Below, in pieces: positions 14,501-28,612 of a DNA stretch of 64,000 bases. The stretch is from the human T2T-CHM13v2.0 reference genome, Homo sapiens. The position numbers were made by a program, and so were the translations under genes. The stretch is taken from positions 5,888,001-5,952,000 of the forward strand of contig CP068257.2 of NCBI GenBank assembly GCA_009914755.4, written 5' to 3'. How positions within the stretch are numbered: position 1 is the first letter of the stretch; the number at the start of each line of letters is the position of its first letter. The notes beneath the pieces were generated by a model. That model worked only from the letters and a program-made list of their open reading frames with translations. It made no database searches and was not told where the DNA came from.

Positions 14501-17500
14501 ACTCCGCTAGACTCCTTTCCTCTCCCATCCCCTCCATTCCACTCCATTTCTCTCCACTCCACTTCATTCCACTACACTCCATTTCACTCCAATCCATTCC
14601 ATTCCATTCCAATCCAATCCATTCCATTCAATTCCACTTCACTCCATTGCAAACCACTCGATTCCCTTCAACTCCTCCCCATTCCATTCCACTCCTATCC
14701 ATTCTTTCCATTAAACTCCATTCCACTCCATTTCTTTCCATTCTCCTCCACTACATTCCATTCAGTTCCACCACAGTCCACTACACTCCATTCATTTCCA
14801 ATCCAATCAACTCCATTCCATTAAATTCTACTCCACTCAGTTCCATTCCACTCCACTCCATTCCACTCCACTCCACTCTTTGCACTCGTTTCCATTCCAA
14901 TCTACTCCATTCCACCCCATTCCAATAAATTGCATTCCACTCAACTCCATTCCGTTCCATTCCATTCCACTTCAATCCATTCCACTCCACTCCACTGCAT
15001 TCCACTGCATTCTATTCCCTTCCACTCCATTCCACTCTACTCTATTCCACTGAACTCCTTTTCATTCCACTCCATTCCATTCTACTCCACTCCACTCCAA
15101 TCAACTTCATTCCAATCCATTCTATTCCATTCCACTCGATACCATTCCACTCCACTCCATTCTATTACATTTCATTCCAATACACTCCACTCCATTCCAC
15201 TCCACTCCATTATATTCCATTCCACCCTGTTCCATTCCATTCCCCTGTACTCCTCTCCAATCCACTGCACTACAGTCCATTCCCCTTCAGTCCATTCCAT
15301 TCCACTATTCTCAACTACACTCCACTCCATTCCACTCCACTCCACTCCGCTCTACTCCACTCCATTTCATTCATGTCCACTCCATTTTTTTCCATTCCAC
15401 TCCAGTCCATTCCACTCCTTTCCAATCCACTCTGCTCCACTACATTCCATTCCAATCCACTCCATTCCTTTCCCCTCATTTCTCGTCCATGCAACTCAGT
15501 TCCACTCCACTCCATTCCATTCCACTCTACTCTACTCCATTCCATTCCATTCCACTCCACTCCACTCCACTCTAATCCACTCCACTCCATTCCATTCCAA
15601 TCCACTCAATTCCATTCCACTCCACTTCACTGCATTCCACTCCACTTCATTCCATTCCACTCTTTTCCATTCCACTCCACTCCATTCCATTTCATTCCCC
15701 TCCATTCCATTCCACTCTACTCCATTCCATTCCATTCCATTCCATTCCATTCCTTTCCTCTCCACTCCATTCCCTTCCAATCCACTGCATTTCACTCCAC
15801 TTCCTTCCATTCCGTTCTTTTCCACTCCATTCCATTCCACTGCACTCCATTCCATTCCACTCATCTCCATTCCATTCCACTCCTTTCCATTTCACTCCAC
15901 TGTACTCCATTCCGTTCAACTCCTCTTCATTCCAGTCCTCTCCACTCCATTCCACTGCTCTCCGTTCCTCTCCAATCCTTTCCATTCAATTCCATGCCAT
16001 TCCATTCCATTGCACTCCGTTCGATTCGACTCCACTCCTTTTCAGTCCATTCCCCTACATTCCATTCCATTCTACTCCACTAAATTCTAGTCCACTCCAC
16101 TCCATTCCATTCCATTCATGGTCATTCCATTCCATTCTATTCCATTCCATTCCACAATACTCCATTCTACTCAACTCCACTCGGTTCCACTCCACTCCAT
16201 TCCGTTCCACTCAACTCCATTCCACTCCACCACATCCCATTCCACTCTCTTCCATTGCACTCCACTACATTCCATTCCACTGCTCTCCATTCAACTCCAT
16301 TCCAGTCTACGAAACACAACTCCATTCCACTCCACTCCACTTCATTCCTTTTCATTACATTCCATCCAACCCACTCCATTCCATTCCATTTCACTTCACT
16401 CCATTCCACTCTACTCCTCTCCACTCCATGCCACTCCTTTAATCTCCATTCCATTCCATTTCACCTCATACCACTCCACTCTGCAACATTCCACTCCACT
16501 CCAGTCCACCCCATTCCATTCCACACTGCTCCAGTCCACTTCACTCCATTCCACCCCATTTCACTCCACTCCATTGTGTTCCATACCATTCTATTCGACT
16601 CCCTTCCACTCCACTCCACTCCATTACGCTCCACTCCATTGCATTCCATTCCATGCCTCTCTATTCTATTCAATTCCACTCCATTCCATTCCACTCCAGT
16701 CCCATCCACTACATTCCACTCCATTCCATTCCCCTCCACTCCACGCCACTCTACTCCCCTCCACTTCTCTTCATCCCATTCCATTCCTTGCCATTCCATT
16801 CTATTCCATTTTATTCCATTCCACTCCAATCCATTCCAATTCACTCCACTCAGTTCCACTCCACTTGATGCCATTCCACTCCACTCGATTCCATTTCATT
16901 CGACTCCACACCACTCCCCTTCATTTCACTCCACTCTTCTCCACACCTATCCACTCCACCCCAATCCATTCCACTCTGTTAGTTTCCATTCCACTCCAAT
17001 CCGTTACATTCCAGTCCACTCCATTCCATTCCACTACATTTCAGTTCATTCCACTCCATTCCATTTCATTCCATTGCATTCCATTCCACCCAACTCCATT
17101 CCACTCCATTCCATTCCACTCTACTTCATTCCATACCATTTCATTCCAGTCCATTCCATTACACTCCACTCCATTCCATTCCACTACACTCCATTCCACT
17201 GCTTGCCACTCCATTCCATTCCACTCCACTCCACTCCAATCCATTCCATTCCATTGTATTCCACTCAAATCCACTCCACTCCTTTCTTTTCCATTCCATT
17301 CCACTCCATTCTACTCCACCCCACTCCACTCCATTCCATTCCATTCCACTCCTTCTATTCCATTCCACTGCATTCCACTCCACTCCATTCCATTCCACCC
17401 CACTCCACTCCACTCCATTCCATTCCACTCCATTTCATTCCATTGCTCTCCCTTCCATTCCTTTCCACTGCATCCCAATCCACTCCATTCCATTACACTC

Positions 17501-18545
17501 CATTCCATTCCTTTCCACTCCACTCCAGTCCATTCCACCCCACTCCATTTTATTCCATTCTATTCCACTCTACTCCATTCCTTTCAATTCCATTCCACTC
17601 CACTTCAGTCAATTCCACTCCAATCCATTCCATTCGATTGCATTCCATTCCACTGCAATCCACAGCACTCCACTCCATGCCTTTCCACTCCCTTCCATTC
17701 CATTCGATTCCATTGCATTCCATTTGATTCCACTGCATTCCATTGCACTCCTTTCCATTCCACTCCACACCATTTAATTCCACTTCACTCCATCCATCCT
17801 CATTCCAACACATTCCGCTTCAGTACACTCCACTCCCTTCCACTCCACTCCATCCCTCCCCACTCCACTCCATTCCACTACATTCCACTCCTTTCCATTC
17901 CACTCTATTCCCTTCCATTCCACTCCACCCCAGTCTGCTCCATTTCATTCCAATCCACTCCGTTCCATTCCACTCCACTCCACTACATTCCAATCCATTG
18001 TATTCCAATTTATTCAATTCCTAACCACTCCATTCCATTCCACTCCACTCCATTCTACTCCACTCCACTCCACTCCACTTTACTCCACTCCATTCAATTC
18101 GACTCCACTCCACTCAACTACACTCTACTTCTCTTCACTCCACTTCATTCCTTTCCACTCCATTGCATTCCATTCCACTTCACTCCATTCCAATCCAATC
18201 CACTCCATTCCACTTCACTCCCTTCCATTCCATTCCATTCCTTTCCTTTCCACTCATCTCCATTCCTCTCCAGTCCACTCCATTCCACTCTACACCATTC
18301 CACTGTACTGCATTCCACTCCACTGCATTCCACTCCAGTCCATTCCATTCCATTCCCTTCCACTTCCCTGCATTCCATTGAATGTCATACTACTCCACTC
18401 CAGTACACTCTTCTCCACTCCATTCAATTGCATTCCATTCCATTCCACTCCTCTCCACTCCATTCCACTCCACTCCACTCCAATCCGCTCCGTTCAATTC
18501 CATTCAATTCCACCCCATTCCATTCCACACCACTCCATTCCATTC

Positions 18546-18655
18546 CACTGCAATCCATTACATATTATTCCACTCCATTCCTTTTTATTCCATTCCATTC
18601 CACTGCAATCCATTACATATTATTCCACTCCATTCCTTTTTATTCCACTCCATTC
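18546..18655 (+). repeat. 55-bp tandem duplication
   Basis: cactgcaatccattacatattattccactccattcctttttattcc x2. Confidence 0.75.
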
Positions 18656-21524
18656 CACTGAATTCCATTCCATTCCATTCCATTCCATTCCATTCCATTC
18701 CACTTCTCTCCATCCAATTCCACCCCATTCCACTCCACTCCACTCCATTCCACTCCACTCCATTCCATATCACTCCACTCCATGCCATTCCACTCCACTC
18801 CATTCCATACCCCTACCCTCCATGCCATTGCACTCCACTCCATTCCATTCCATGCTTCTTCACTCCATTCCACTCCACTCAATTTCGTTACACTCCACTG
18901 AACTCAACTCAGCTCTATTCTACTCCACTCCAAAAGACCCCACTCCACTCCACTTCATTCCTCTCCATTCCATTCCATTCCTATCCACACCATTCCATTC
19001 CTCTCCACTCCATTCTATTCCACTCCATTCCATTACATTACACTCCATTCCATTCCACTCCACTTCATTCCATCCCATTGTATTCCATTCCATTCCATTA
19101 CAATCCACTCCATTCGGTTCCACTCCACCACACTCCTCTTCACTCCACTCCTCTCCAATTTTGTCCATTCCATTCCATTCCATTCTATTCCACTCCATTC
19201 CATTTCATTCGACTCCACTCCATTCCACTCAACTCCACTCTGCTCCTCTTCATTCAATTCCATTCCATTCAACTCCATTCAATTCCTGTCCACTCCATTC
19301 CATTCCACTCCACTCCATTCCAATCCACCTTATAACACTACGTTATATTCCATTCTACTCCATTACTTTCCACGCCACTCCACTCCACTCCATTCCACTA
19401 CATTCTATTCCATTCCACTCCATTCCATTCCATAACACTCCATTCTATTCCATTCCATTCCATTCCTCTCCAATCCATTCCACTCCACTCCATTCCATTA
19501 AATTCCACTCTATTCCACTCCCTTCCATTTCAATCCATTGCTTTCCACTTCATTAAAATCCACTACACTCCATTCCACTCCAATCCAATTCATGATTTTC
19601 CATTCCACTCCATTCCTCCCTGCTCTATTCCACTCCTCTCCAATCCATTACACTTCACTCCATTCCATTCCATTCCACTCCATTCCATTCCAATAAATTC
19701 TATTCCATTCCACTCCTTTCCATTCCATTCCACTCAATTCCATTCCATTCCACTCCACTCCACTTCACTCCATTCCATTGGATTCCATTCCATTCCGTTC
19801 CACTCCCCACCCTTCCACTCCACCTCACTCCATTCCTTTTCACTCCATTAAATACCACTCCACTACATTCCATGCCACTCCACTCCATTCCACTATACTA
19901 CATTCCACTCCATACCATTTCACTCCACTCCATTTCAGTCCATTCCGCTCCATTCCATTCCTTCCACTCAACTCCACTCCATTCCATCCCTTTCCATTCC
20001 ATTCTCTTCCACTCCACTCCATTACTTACCATTCCATTCCACTCCATTTATCTCCATTCCATTCCACTCTTCTGTACTCCACCACATTCCATTCCATTCC
20101 CTTCCACTCCACTCCATTCGAATCCATTCCAGTAAATTCCACTCCACCCCACTCCACTCTATTTCATTCCTCTTCATTCCATTCCCTTCCATTCCACTTC
20201 AATGCACACCATTCCACGCCATTCCACTCCATTCTATTCCATTCCAATGCATTCCACTCAACTCCACTCCATTATACTCCACTTCACTCCACTCTCCTCC
20301 ATTCAACTCCACTCTACTCCACGGCACTCAATTCCATTCAACTCCATTCCATTACATTCCACTCAAATCCATTCCATTCCACTGTAATCCATTCCATCCC
20401 ATTCCATTCCATTCCATTCCATTCCATTCCATTCCATTCCACTTCATTCCATTCCAATCCACTCCACTCCACTCCATTCTATCGCGTTCCATTCCATTCC
20501 ATTCCACTACACTCCACTCCATTCCATTCCTCTCCACTCCGCTCCATTCCACTCCATTCGAGTCCACTCCAATCCATTCCACTCCTCTCCACTCCATTCC
20601 ATTCCGTTCCACACCAATTCACTACACTCCAGTCTTTCCAATCCATTCCACTGCATTCCATTCCATTCTACTCCATTCCGTTCCATTCCACTTCACTCTT
20701 TTCCATTCCAATCCGTTCCATTCCATTCCACACCAGTCCAATCCACTCCACTCCATTCTATTCTACTCAATTCCACTCCACTACACAACATTACTTTCTA
20801 CCCATCTCTATTCCACTCCAATCCATTCCAATTCACTCCATCCCACTCCACTGCATTTCATTCCATTCCTTTCCACTCCTTACCTTTGCACTCCACTCCA
20901 CTCCATTCCAGTCCATTCCACTCTACTCTATTCCACTCCACTCCACTCCAGTCCATTCCAATTCATCCCATTCCATTCCATCCATTCTATTCCACTCAAC
21001 TCCACTCCACTCCATTCCGCTTTATTCCATTCCATTCCATTCCATTCAATTCCATTCCATTCCACTCCATTACATTCCATTCCACTCCACTCCACTCCAT
21101 TACATTCCATTCCATTCCATTCTAAACAACTCCGTTTCATTCCATTCCACTCTCATCCATTCCAATCCACACCACTACAGTACATCCCACGCCATTCCAT
21201 GCCACTATACTCCCCTGCACTCTATTCCATTCCATTCTATTCCACACCATTCCATTGCATTCCATTCCATTCCAATCCAATCCATTTCAGTCCACTCCCT
21301 TCCATTCCATTTCATTCCGCTGCACTCCTTTCCACTACAAACCATTTTACTCCATTCCCCTCATTTTCATTCCATTCCATTCCATTCCACTCCATTCCAT
21401 TACATTCCATTAAATTACATTCCACTCCATTCCATTCCACTCTATTCCATTCCATTCCCTTACATTCCACTCATCACCATTCCATTCCATTCCAATCTAT
21501 TGCACTCCACTCCATTCCATTCGA

Positions 21525-21665
21525 TTCCATTCCATTTCATTCCATTCCATTCCATTCATATCCACTCGTCCCCACTCCACTCCACTCCATTCCATTCCAT
21601 TCCATTTCATTCCATTCCATTCCATTCATATCCACTCGTCCCCACTCCACTCCACTCCATTCCAT
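21525..21665 (+). repeat. 70-bp tandem duplication
   Basis: cattccattcatatccactcgtccccactccactccactccattccattccattcc x2 (catatccactcgtcccc at 21,557 and 21,627). Confidence 0.75.
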
Positions 21666-24129
21666 TCCATTCCATTCCATGCCATTGCACTCAACTCCAT
21701 TCTACTCCATTCCATTCCACTCCAGACAACTCCATTCCACCACATTCCTTTCCAACCTATTCCATTCCACTCCACTCCATTTCACTCCATTCTTCTCTAA
21801 TCCATTCCATTCCATTCTATTCCTCTACAATCCATTAAATTCCATTCCACTCCACTCCTTTCAACTCCATTGAATTCCATTCCACTCCACTCCTTTCCAC
21901 TCCATTCCATTCAACTCCATTCCATTCCATTCCATTCCATTCCACTCCATTCCATTCCATTCAATTCCATTCCAGTTTATTCCATTCCATTCCTTTCCAT
22001 TCCATTCCATTCCACTCCATTCCATTCAAATCCTTTCCATTCCATATCATTCCATTCCATTCCGTTCCATTGGACTCCATTCCATTCCCCTCCACTCCAC
22101 TAAATAGCGCTCCATTCCATTCCATTCAATTCCATTCCTCTCGACCCCATGCCACTCCACTGCAGTCCATTCCATTCCATTCCATTGCAGTCCACTCAAT
22201 TCCATTCCACTCCACTCCACTCCTTTCCATTTCTTTCCATTTCATTCCATTCCATTCCACTACATTCCGTTACAATGCTCTCCACTCCTCTACATTCCTC
22301 TCTATTCCATTCGACTCCACTCCCCTTCTCACCATTCCATTGCATTCCATCTCACTCCACTCCACTCAATTCCATTCCATTCCATTCCATTCCATTCCAT
22401 TCCATTCCATTCCATTCTTTCCACTTCACCTGCACTTCACTTCATGCATTCCATTCCACTCCTCTCCAATCCATTCCATTTTCCATTCCATTCCATTCCA
22501 TACCATACCATTCCTCTCAATTCCCTTAAAATCCATGCCCCTCCATTCCATTCCTTTCCATTCCACTCCACTTCTTTCCATTCCATTCCATTCCATCAAT
22601 TACAATCCACTGCACTCCACTACATTCCACTACATTCTCTTCCACTCCACTCCTCTCGTCTCCATTACAATGGAATCCATTTCATTTTATTCCATTCCAA
22701 TCCATAAAATTCCATTCCATTCCATTCCATACCACCCCATTTCACTCCACTCCATTCAGTTCTATTATATTGCATTCCACTCCACTGCATTTCATTCAAT
22801 TCCACTCCTCTGCATTAAAACCCTTTCCATTCCACTTCACTCCAATCCATTCCATTCTACTCCATTCCATTCCATTTCCTTCCATTGCATTCTACCGCAG
22901 TCCTCTCTTCCCAATTCCATTCCATTCCTTTCCACTCCTTTCCTTTCCATTCCACTACACTCCATTCCATTCCATACCTTTCCACTTCGTTCCATTCCAT
23001 TCAACTACACTCTATTCCATTCCATTCCATTCCATTCCATTACACTGTACTCGTTCCATTCCAAACCACTCCATTCCACTTCACTCAACCCCTTTCCATT
23101 CCATTGCATTCCATTCCATTCCATTTCATTGCATTTCATTCTACTGAACAACACTCTATTCCATTACATTCCACTCTACTCAATTCCAATCCAGTCCATT
23201 CCACGTCACTCAACTCCATTCCATTCCATTCCATTCCACTCCACACCATTCCTCTCCACTCCATTCCATTCCATTGCATTCCACTCCTCTCCATTCCACT
23301 CCATGCCACTCCATTCCATTCCTTGCCATTCCACTCCACTCCATTCCATTTCACTCCACTACATTCCTCCCCATTCCTCTCCATCCTATTCCGTTCCATT
23401 CTACTCCACTCCATTCCATTCCACTCTATTCCATTCCATTCCAATCCATTCCATTTCACTCCTCTCCACTCCGTTCCATACCAGTCTTTTCCATTCCATT
23501 CCTTTCCATTCCATTCTATTCATTCCACTCCTTTCCTTTCCAATCCATTCCACTCCACTCCATTCCACTCCATTCCATTCCACTCCAATCCCCTCCTCTC
23601 CATTGCATTGCATTCCATTCCATTCCATTCTCCTACACTCAATTCCATTCCATTCCACTCCACTCCGTTCAATTCCATTCCATTCCACTACACTCCATTC
23701 CATTCCATACCACTCCATTCCACTGCATTCCTTTCCAATCCATTCTATTCCTTTCCACTACCATTCATTCCATTCCATTCCTCTGTACTCCATTCCACTC
23801 CAGTTCATTTCTCTGCACTCAACTCCATTGCATCCTACTCCATTCCATTCATCTCCACACCTTTCCACTTCACTGCATTGCATTCCATTCCATTCCACTT
23901 AACTTCATTCCACTCCATTCCATTACAATCCAGTGCCCTCCATTGCATTCCATTCAACTCCATTCCATTCCATTCCATACCATTCCTTTCCCACCCGTTC
24001 TTCTCCACTCCATTCCATTCCATAACACTCTAGTCTATTCCATTCCATTCAATTGCCTTCGTTTCCATTCTATTCCACTCCATTCAATTCCATTGCAATC
24101 CATGCAATTCCATTTACTTCCATTCCATT

Positions 24130-25345
24130 CCATGGAATTCCATTCCATTCCATTCCATTCCAGTCCATTCCATTCCAATCCATTCCATTGCATGGAATTC
24201 CATTCCATTCCATTCCATTCCATTGCATGGAATTCCATTCCATTCCATGGAATTCCATTCCATTCCATTGCATGGAATTCCATTCCATTGCATGGAATTC
24301 CATTCCATTCCATTCCATTCCGTGGAATTCCATTCCATTCCATTCCATTCCGTGGAATTCCATTCCATTCCATTCCATTCCGTGGAATTCCATTCCATTC
24401 CATTCCATTCCGTGGATTTCCTTTCCATTCCACGGAATTCCATTCCGTGGATTTCCTTTCCATTCCACGGAATTCCATTCCGTGGATTTCCTTTCCATTC
24501 CACGGAATTCCATTCCGTGGATTTCCTTTCCATTCCACGGAATTCCATTCCGTGGATTTCCTTTCCATTCCACGGAATTCCATTCCGTGGATTTCCTTTC
24601 CATTCCACGGAATTCCATTCCGTGGATTTCCTTTCCATTCCACGGAATTCCATTCCGTGGATTTCCTTTCCATTCCACGGAATTCCATTCCGTGGATTTC
24701 CTTTCCATTCCACGGAATTCCATGGATTTCCTTTCCATTCCACGGAATTCCATGGATTTCCTTTCCATTCCACGGAATTCCATGGATTTCCTTTCCATTC
24801 CATGGAATTCCATTCCATGGAATTCCATTCCATGGATTTCCTTTCCGTTCCATGGAATTCCATTCGATGGATTTCCTTTCCGTTCCATGGAATTCCATTC
24901 GATGGATTTCCTTTCCGTTCCATGGAATTCCATTCCATGGATTTCCTTTCCGTTCCATGGAATTCCATTCGATGGATTTCCTTTCCGTTCCATGGAATTC
25001 CATTCCATGGATTTCCTTTCCGTTCCATGGAATTCCATTCGATGGATTTCCTTTCCGTTCCATGGAATTCCATTCCATGGATTTCCTTTCCGTTCCATGG
25101 AATTCCATTCCATGGATTTCCTTTCCGTTCCATGGAATTCCATTCCATGGATTTCCTTTCCGTTCCATGGAATTCCATTCCATGGATTTCCTTTCCGTTC
25201 CATGGAATTCCATTCCATGGATTTCCTTTCCGTTCCATGGAATTCCATTCCATGGATTTCCTTTCCGTTCCATGGAATTCCATTCCATGGATTTCCTTTC
25301 CGTTCCATGGAATTCCATTCCATTCCACTCCATTCCATGGAATGT
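24130..25345 (+). repeat. Distinct satellite sub-array with 30-bp, 35-bp and 70-bp tandem units. Each unit contains the perfect palindrome GGAATTCC (EcoRI GAATTC, often CCATGGAATTCCATGG with NcoI) and inverted-pentamer arms CACGGAAT..ATTCCGTG
   Basis: Seen in sequence:
- 24,291-24,410: cattccattccattccattccgtggaattc x4 (30 bp).
- 24,411-24,715: cgtggatttcctttccattccacggaattccattc x about 9 (35 bp, near-identical).
- 24,716-24,800: 30-bp variant catggatttcctttccattccacggaattc x3.
- 24,836-25,320: catggatttcctttccgttccatggaattccattc alternating with a gatgg... variant (70-bp HOR), then homogeneous ccatgg copies.
Flanking sequence is ordinary diverged ATTCC satellite. Confidence 0.88.
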
Positions 25346-28300
25346 CATTCCTATTGACTGCACTCCATTCAATTACTTTCCACTCCACTCCATTCAACTA
25401 CATTCCCTTCCATTCCTTTCGATTCCTTTCCACTCTCTTCCATTCCATTCGATTCCATTCCATTCCGTTCCGTTCCATTCCATTCCATTCCATTGCACTC
25501 CACTCCATTCTATTCCATTCCACTCCACCCCACTCCATTCCATTCCATTTCATTCTCCTTCATTCCATTCCATTCCATTCTACTCCTTTCCATTCCATTG
25601 CACTACATTCCTTTCCAATCCCCTCCTCTCCACTATATTCCACTCCATTCCATTCCATTCCATTCCATTCCATTCCATTCCAATCCATTCCATTCCATTC
25701 CATTCCATTCCATTCCATTCTCCTCCACTGCACTCCATTCCATTCCACTCCACTCCACTCCATTCCATTCCACTCCATTCCATTCAATTACTCCCCTTTC
25801 CATTCCATTCCATTTCAATCTGTTCCATTTCACTCCATTCCACTCCACTCCACTGCACTCAATGCCACTCCAATACATTGCAATCCATTCCATTCTATTC
25901 CTCTCCATTCCGTTATATTCCACTCCACTCCATTAAATTCCATTCCATTCCATTTCATTCCATTACATTGCATTCCATTCCACTCCTTTCCATTCCGTTA
26001 AATTCCACTTCACTCCATTCTACTCCATTCCATCCCTTTTAATTCCACTGCAATCCATTCCATTTCATTACCCTCTACCACACGCCACTCCACTCCATTT
26101 CATTCCATTATCTTAAACTCCACTCAAATCCATTCCACTCTACCCGACTCCATTCCATTCCATTCCATTGCATTCCATTCCACTCCTTTGTGTTCCATTT
26201 CACTACATTCCTTTCCAGTCTACTCCACTGCGCTATATTCCACTCCATTAAATTCCACTACAGTCAACTCTTCTCCTTTCCATTCCATTCCATTCCGTTC
26301 CGTTGCATTCCAATCCACTACACTCCACTCCGTTTGACTCCACTCCATTGCATTCCATTCCACTCCACTCCACCCCATTCCATTCCACTCCAGTATACTC
26401 CACTCTATTCCAATCCATTCCACTCCACTAAAATCCACTCCATTCCATTTCACTCAATTCCATTCCACTCCATCCCACTCCATTGCATTCTAATTCATTT
26501 CATTCTATTTCTTTCGTTTGCATTTCATTCCATTTCACTCCACTCCACTCCATTCCACTGGACTCCACTCCGTTCCATTACATTACATTCCATTCCCCTA
26601 CCATGCAATACATTCCATTCGACTCAACCTCACTCCACTCCATTCCACTCCATTTCATTCTATTCCATTCCATTCCACCCTATTCCTTTAAAGTCCACTC
26701 CTCTCCATTCTGTTGAATTCCATTCCATTCTATTATAATTCATTCCATTTCAGTCCACTCCACTCCACTCCACTCCATTCCACTCCATTCCATTCCATTC
26801 ATTGCCATCCACTTGACGCCATGCCACTCCACTCCAGGCCATTCCCTTCCATTCTATTCTACTCCACTCAATTCCATTCCTCTCCTTCCCCTCCATTAAA
26901 TTCCATTTCATTCCACTCTATTCCATTCAACTTCTTTCCTTTCCATTCCACTACATTCCATTCCAATCCACTCCACTACACTATATTCGTCTCCATTCCT
27001 TTCCACTCCACTCCACTCCTCTCCCTTCCATTCCATTCAATTCCATTCCATTCCTTTAAACTGCACTCCCCTCCATTCCACTACACTCCATTCCATTCCA
27101 TTCCATTCCACTTCACTCCCCTCCACTCCACTCCATTACATTCAATTTCATTCAATTCCATTCCACTCCATTCCTTTCCATTCTATTCCCTTCTATTCCA
27201 TTCCGTACCACCACACTCTATTCCATTCCATTCCATTACCTTCCACCACACTCCATTCCATTCCATTCAACTCCACTCCATTCCACTCCATTCCATTCCA
27301 TTCCATTGAATTCCATTACATTCCAATCAAATCCAATCCATTCCATTCCACTCCACTCAATTTAATTCCAATCCATTTCACTCGACCGCACTCCACTCCA
27401 CTCCATTCCATTCCATTCCGTTCCGTTCCATTCCAATCCACTCAATTCCATTCTACTCCACTCCATTCAATTCCATTCCATTTCATTCAATTCTGTTCCA
27501 TTCCATTCCAGTCCACTACACTCCGTTCCATTCCATTCCACTCTACTCCATTCCACTCCATTCCATACTACACCACTCCCCTCCATTCCATTACACTCCA
27601 TTTCATTACAGTCCTTTCCATTCCACTCCACTCCATCCCCTTCCATATCATTCCACTCCACTCCATTCCACTCCATTCCATTTGTCTACTCTCCCATTTC
27701 CATTCCGTTCCCTTCCATTCCCATCCACCCAATCCCACTCCACTCCACTCCACTCCACTCCATTCCATTCCATTCAATTCCACTCCACTCCATTACAATC
27801 CATGCCACTCCACTTCACTGAATTCCATTCTACTCCTTTCCATTCCACTGCATTCCATTCCACTCCACTCCATTCCACTCTATTCCACTCCAATCCATTA
27901 CATTCCTTTCCATTCCACCACAATCCATTGCTTTCCATTACACTCCTTTCCTTTAAACTCCTTTGCATGCCAAACCACTCCACTTTATTCCACTCCATTC
28001 CATTCCATTCCGTTCCTTGCCATTCCATTCGACTCCATTGCATTTGGCTCCATTACATTCTATTACATTGCAGTCCATTCCATTCCACTCCACTCCATTC
28101 GACCGCACTCCGTACTGTTCCATTCCATTCAATTCCATTCCACTCGACCACAATCCACTCCACTCCCTTCCATTCCATTCCATTTCATTCCATTCCATTC
28201 CATTCCATTCCATTCCATTCCATTACTTTCTTCTCCACTCAATTCCATTCCACTGCACGCCACTTCATTCCATTGTATTCCATTCCATTCCATTCCATTC

Positions 28301-28540
28301 CATTCCACTCCGTTCCTTTCCACTCCATTCCGTTGCATTCCACTACATTCCATTCCAATCCACTCCACTCCTCTACTTTCCTCTCCGTTCCTTTCCACTC
28401 CAATCCCCTCCTCTCCATTCCATTCTATTCCATCTCACTACACTCCACTCCATTCCACTCCACTCCATTCCATTCCATTCCATTCCGTTCTACTTCACTC
28501 CATCCTCTACATTCCGCTCAACTCCACTCCACTGCATTCC

Positions 28541-28612
28541 ACTTTATTCCATTCCATTCCGTTCCATTCCACTCCCTGACATTCCATTCCACTCCCTGAC
28601 ATTCCATTCCAC
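28541..28612 (+). repeat. 25-bp tandem duplication
   Basis: ccattccactccctgacattccatt x2. ctgacattcc is unique to this spot. Confidence 0.7.

Noticed and set aside
24411-24715. NF-kappaB-like site (G)TGGATTTCC in every 35-bp unit
   Set aside because: It has one mismatch to the GGGRNWYYCC consensus. It occurs in heterochromatic satellite, with no supporting evidence. I mention it only as a curiosity, not a regulatory call.
24411-25320. CRISPR-like appearance: regular 35-bp near-identical repeats
   Set aside because: The repeats are directly abutting, with no unique spacers in between. They sit inside eukaryotic (human) satellite DNA, with no cas genes or leader. This is a tandem satellite sub-array, not a CRISPR array.
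24035-25397. Three fully overlapping about 430-aa minus-strand ORFs plus two plus-strand ORFs over the same 1.3 kb
   Set aside because: All five frames are open because the 35-bp palindromic satellite unit lacks stops. Identical repeating peptide blocks (NGIPWNGKEIHGMEFHGTERKS...) mirror the 35/70-bp DNA period. They are not coding.
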